A stretch of 64,000 nucleotides of DNA. Origin: Pristiophorus japonicus (lineage: Eukaryota). This document shows positions 63,310-64,000 of the stretch, piece by piece; the stretch's first letter is position 1, and every line of letters begins with the position of its first letter. The notes beneath the pieces were generated by a model. That model saw only the letters and a list, made by a program, of their open reading frames with translations. It ran no database searches and had not been told where the DNA came from. Both the position numbers and the translations under genes were made by a program. The stretch lies in assembly GCF_044704955.1 (NCBI RefSeq), contig NC_091978.1, forward strand, positions 319,796,001 through 319,860,000. The letters run 5' to 3'.

Positions 63310-64000
63310 GGATCGAGGGTTGAGGAAGATATGGATGCGAGGGCCAGAGGGATCAGGGAAGATACTGATGGGGGGTGGGCGGGGGGGCGGAGAGGTCAGG
63401 GAAGATATTGATGGAGAGGGTGGGTGGCGGGACATTGGCGTGGAGGCTGGAGGAGTTGAGGAAAATATCGATTCCGGGGTGCGCCGAGAGGTCGGGAGGA
63501 CATCGATGGAGGATCAAGGGGGATATCTATGGAGAGGGTGAATAGATTGAGGGCCATGGGGGACATCAACTGGGGGGGAGGAGACCTCGGGGGATCATCA
63601 ATGGGGGGTTGGAGAGAGCGGTGGGTGGTGGGGACATCGTTTGGGGGCAGGGGCGGAAAGAGCGGGGGTCGTTGGGGACATTGATGGAGGGCCCAGAGAT
63701 AGGGGAAGATTGTGGAAGAAGCTGGAGACATTAGGATGAGGGGAGAAGATCGTGGGGAGCCGTGGAGGACATGGGGTGTGGTGAGGAGGAGATCATGGAT
63801 CATGGAGGACATTGTGACTGCATTGGATTGTAGGAGGTTAGGGTCCGATTGTTAGGGAGGTTAACAGGTTTGCTTGGTGGGCCGGAGGGAGGGAGCACTC
63901 CTGCTCCTCCTAGCCCACAAGCAGTGCTGGAAAAGCACTTACCTCTTCCATGTAGCTGTTCTCGTCTCCCTTTAGCTGCCAGGTTTCCCAAGGCCCGGGA
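63310..64000. mobile_element. Partial MITE (family of 4346-5359) running off the window end
   Basis: G-rich internal repeats and CCCACAAGCAGTGCTGGAAAAGCACTTACC, shared with 16495 and similar to ~5070. Confidence 0.55.

Overview
Repeat-dense, non-genic or intronic vertebrate DNA, most likely from a cartilaginous fish (shark-type CR1, L2 and RTE LINEs, Deu-domain SINEs, a shark-like MHC class I sequence). No intact host gene could be identified. Most ORFs are CR1 ORF2 pieces, their antisense shadows, or chance ORFs in GC-rich MITEs. Two structures stand out. (1) At 898-1258 is a ~360-bp retroposon built as a mosaic of spliceosomal snRNA modules (U2 5' end, U1 5' end and stem-loop I, U2 3' half with duplicated stem-loop III, a second U2 stem-loop I), with an A-rich tail and a 17-19-bp TSD. 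(2) At 32935-39126 is an intronless MHC class I heavy-chain pseudogene fused to an RTE-type non-autonomous element ending in (TGA)n. The whole unit is bounded by an 11-bp TSD inside a split tRNA-SINE, so it appears to be an immune-gene mRNA retroposed by RTE machinery; a Gypsy LTR element later inserted into it. The window also holds a two-gene PIF/Harbinger transposon, many Harbinger-type MITEs, two hAT MITEs and several nested insertions. Boundaries of old repeats are approximate, and family names and reference snRNA sequences are from recognition and memory, not database searches.
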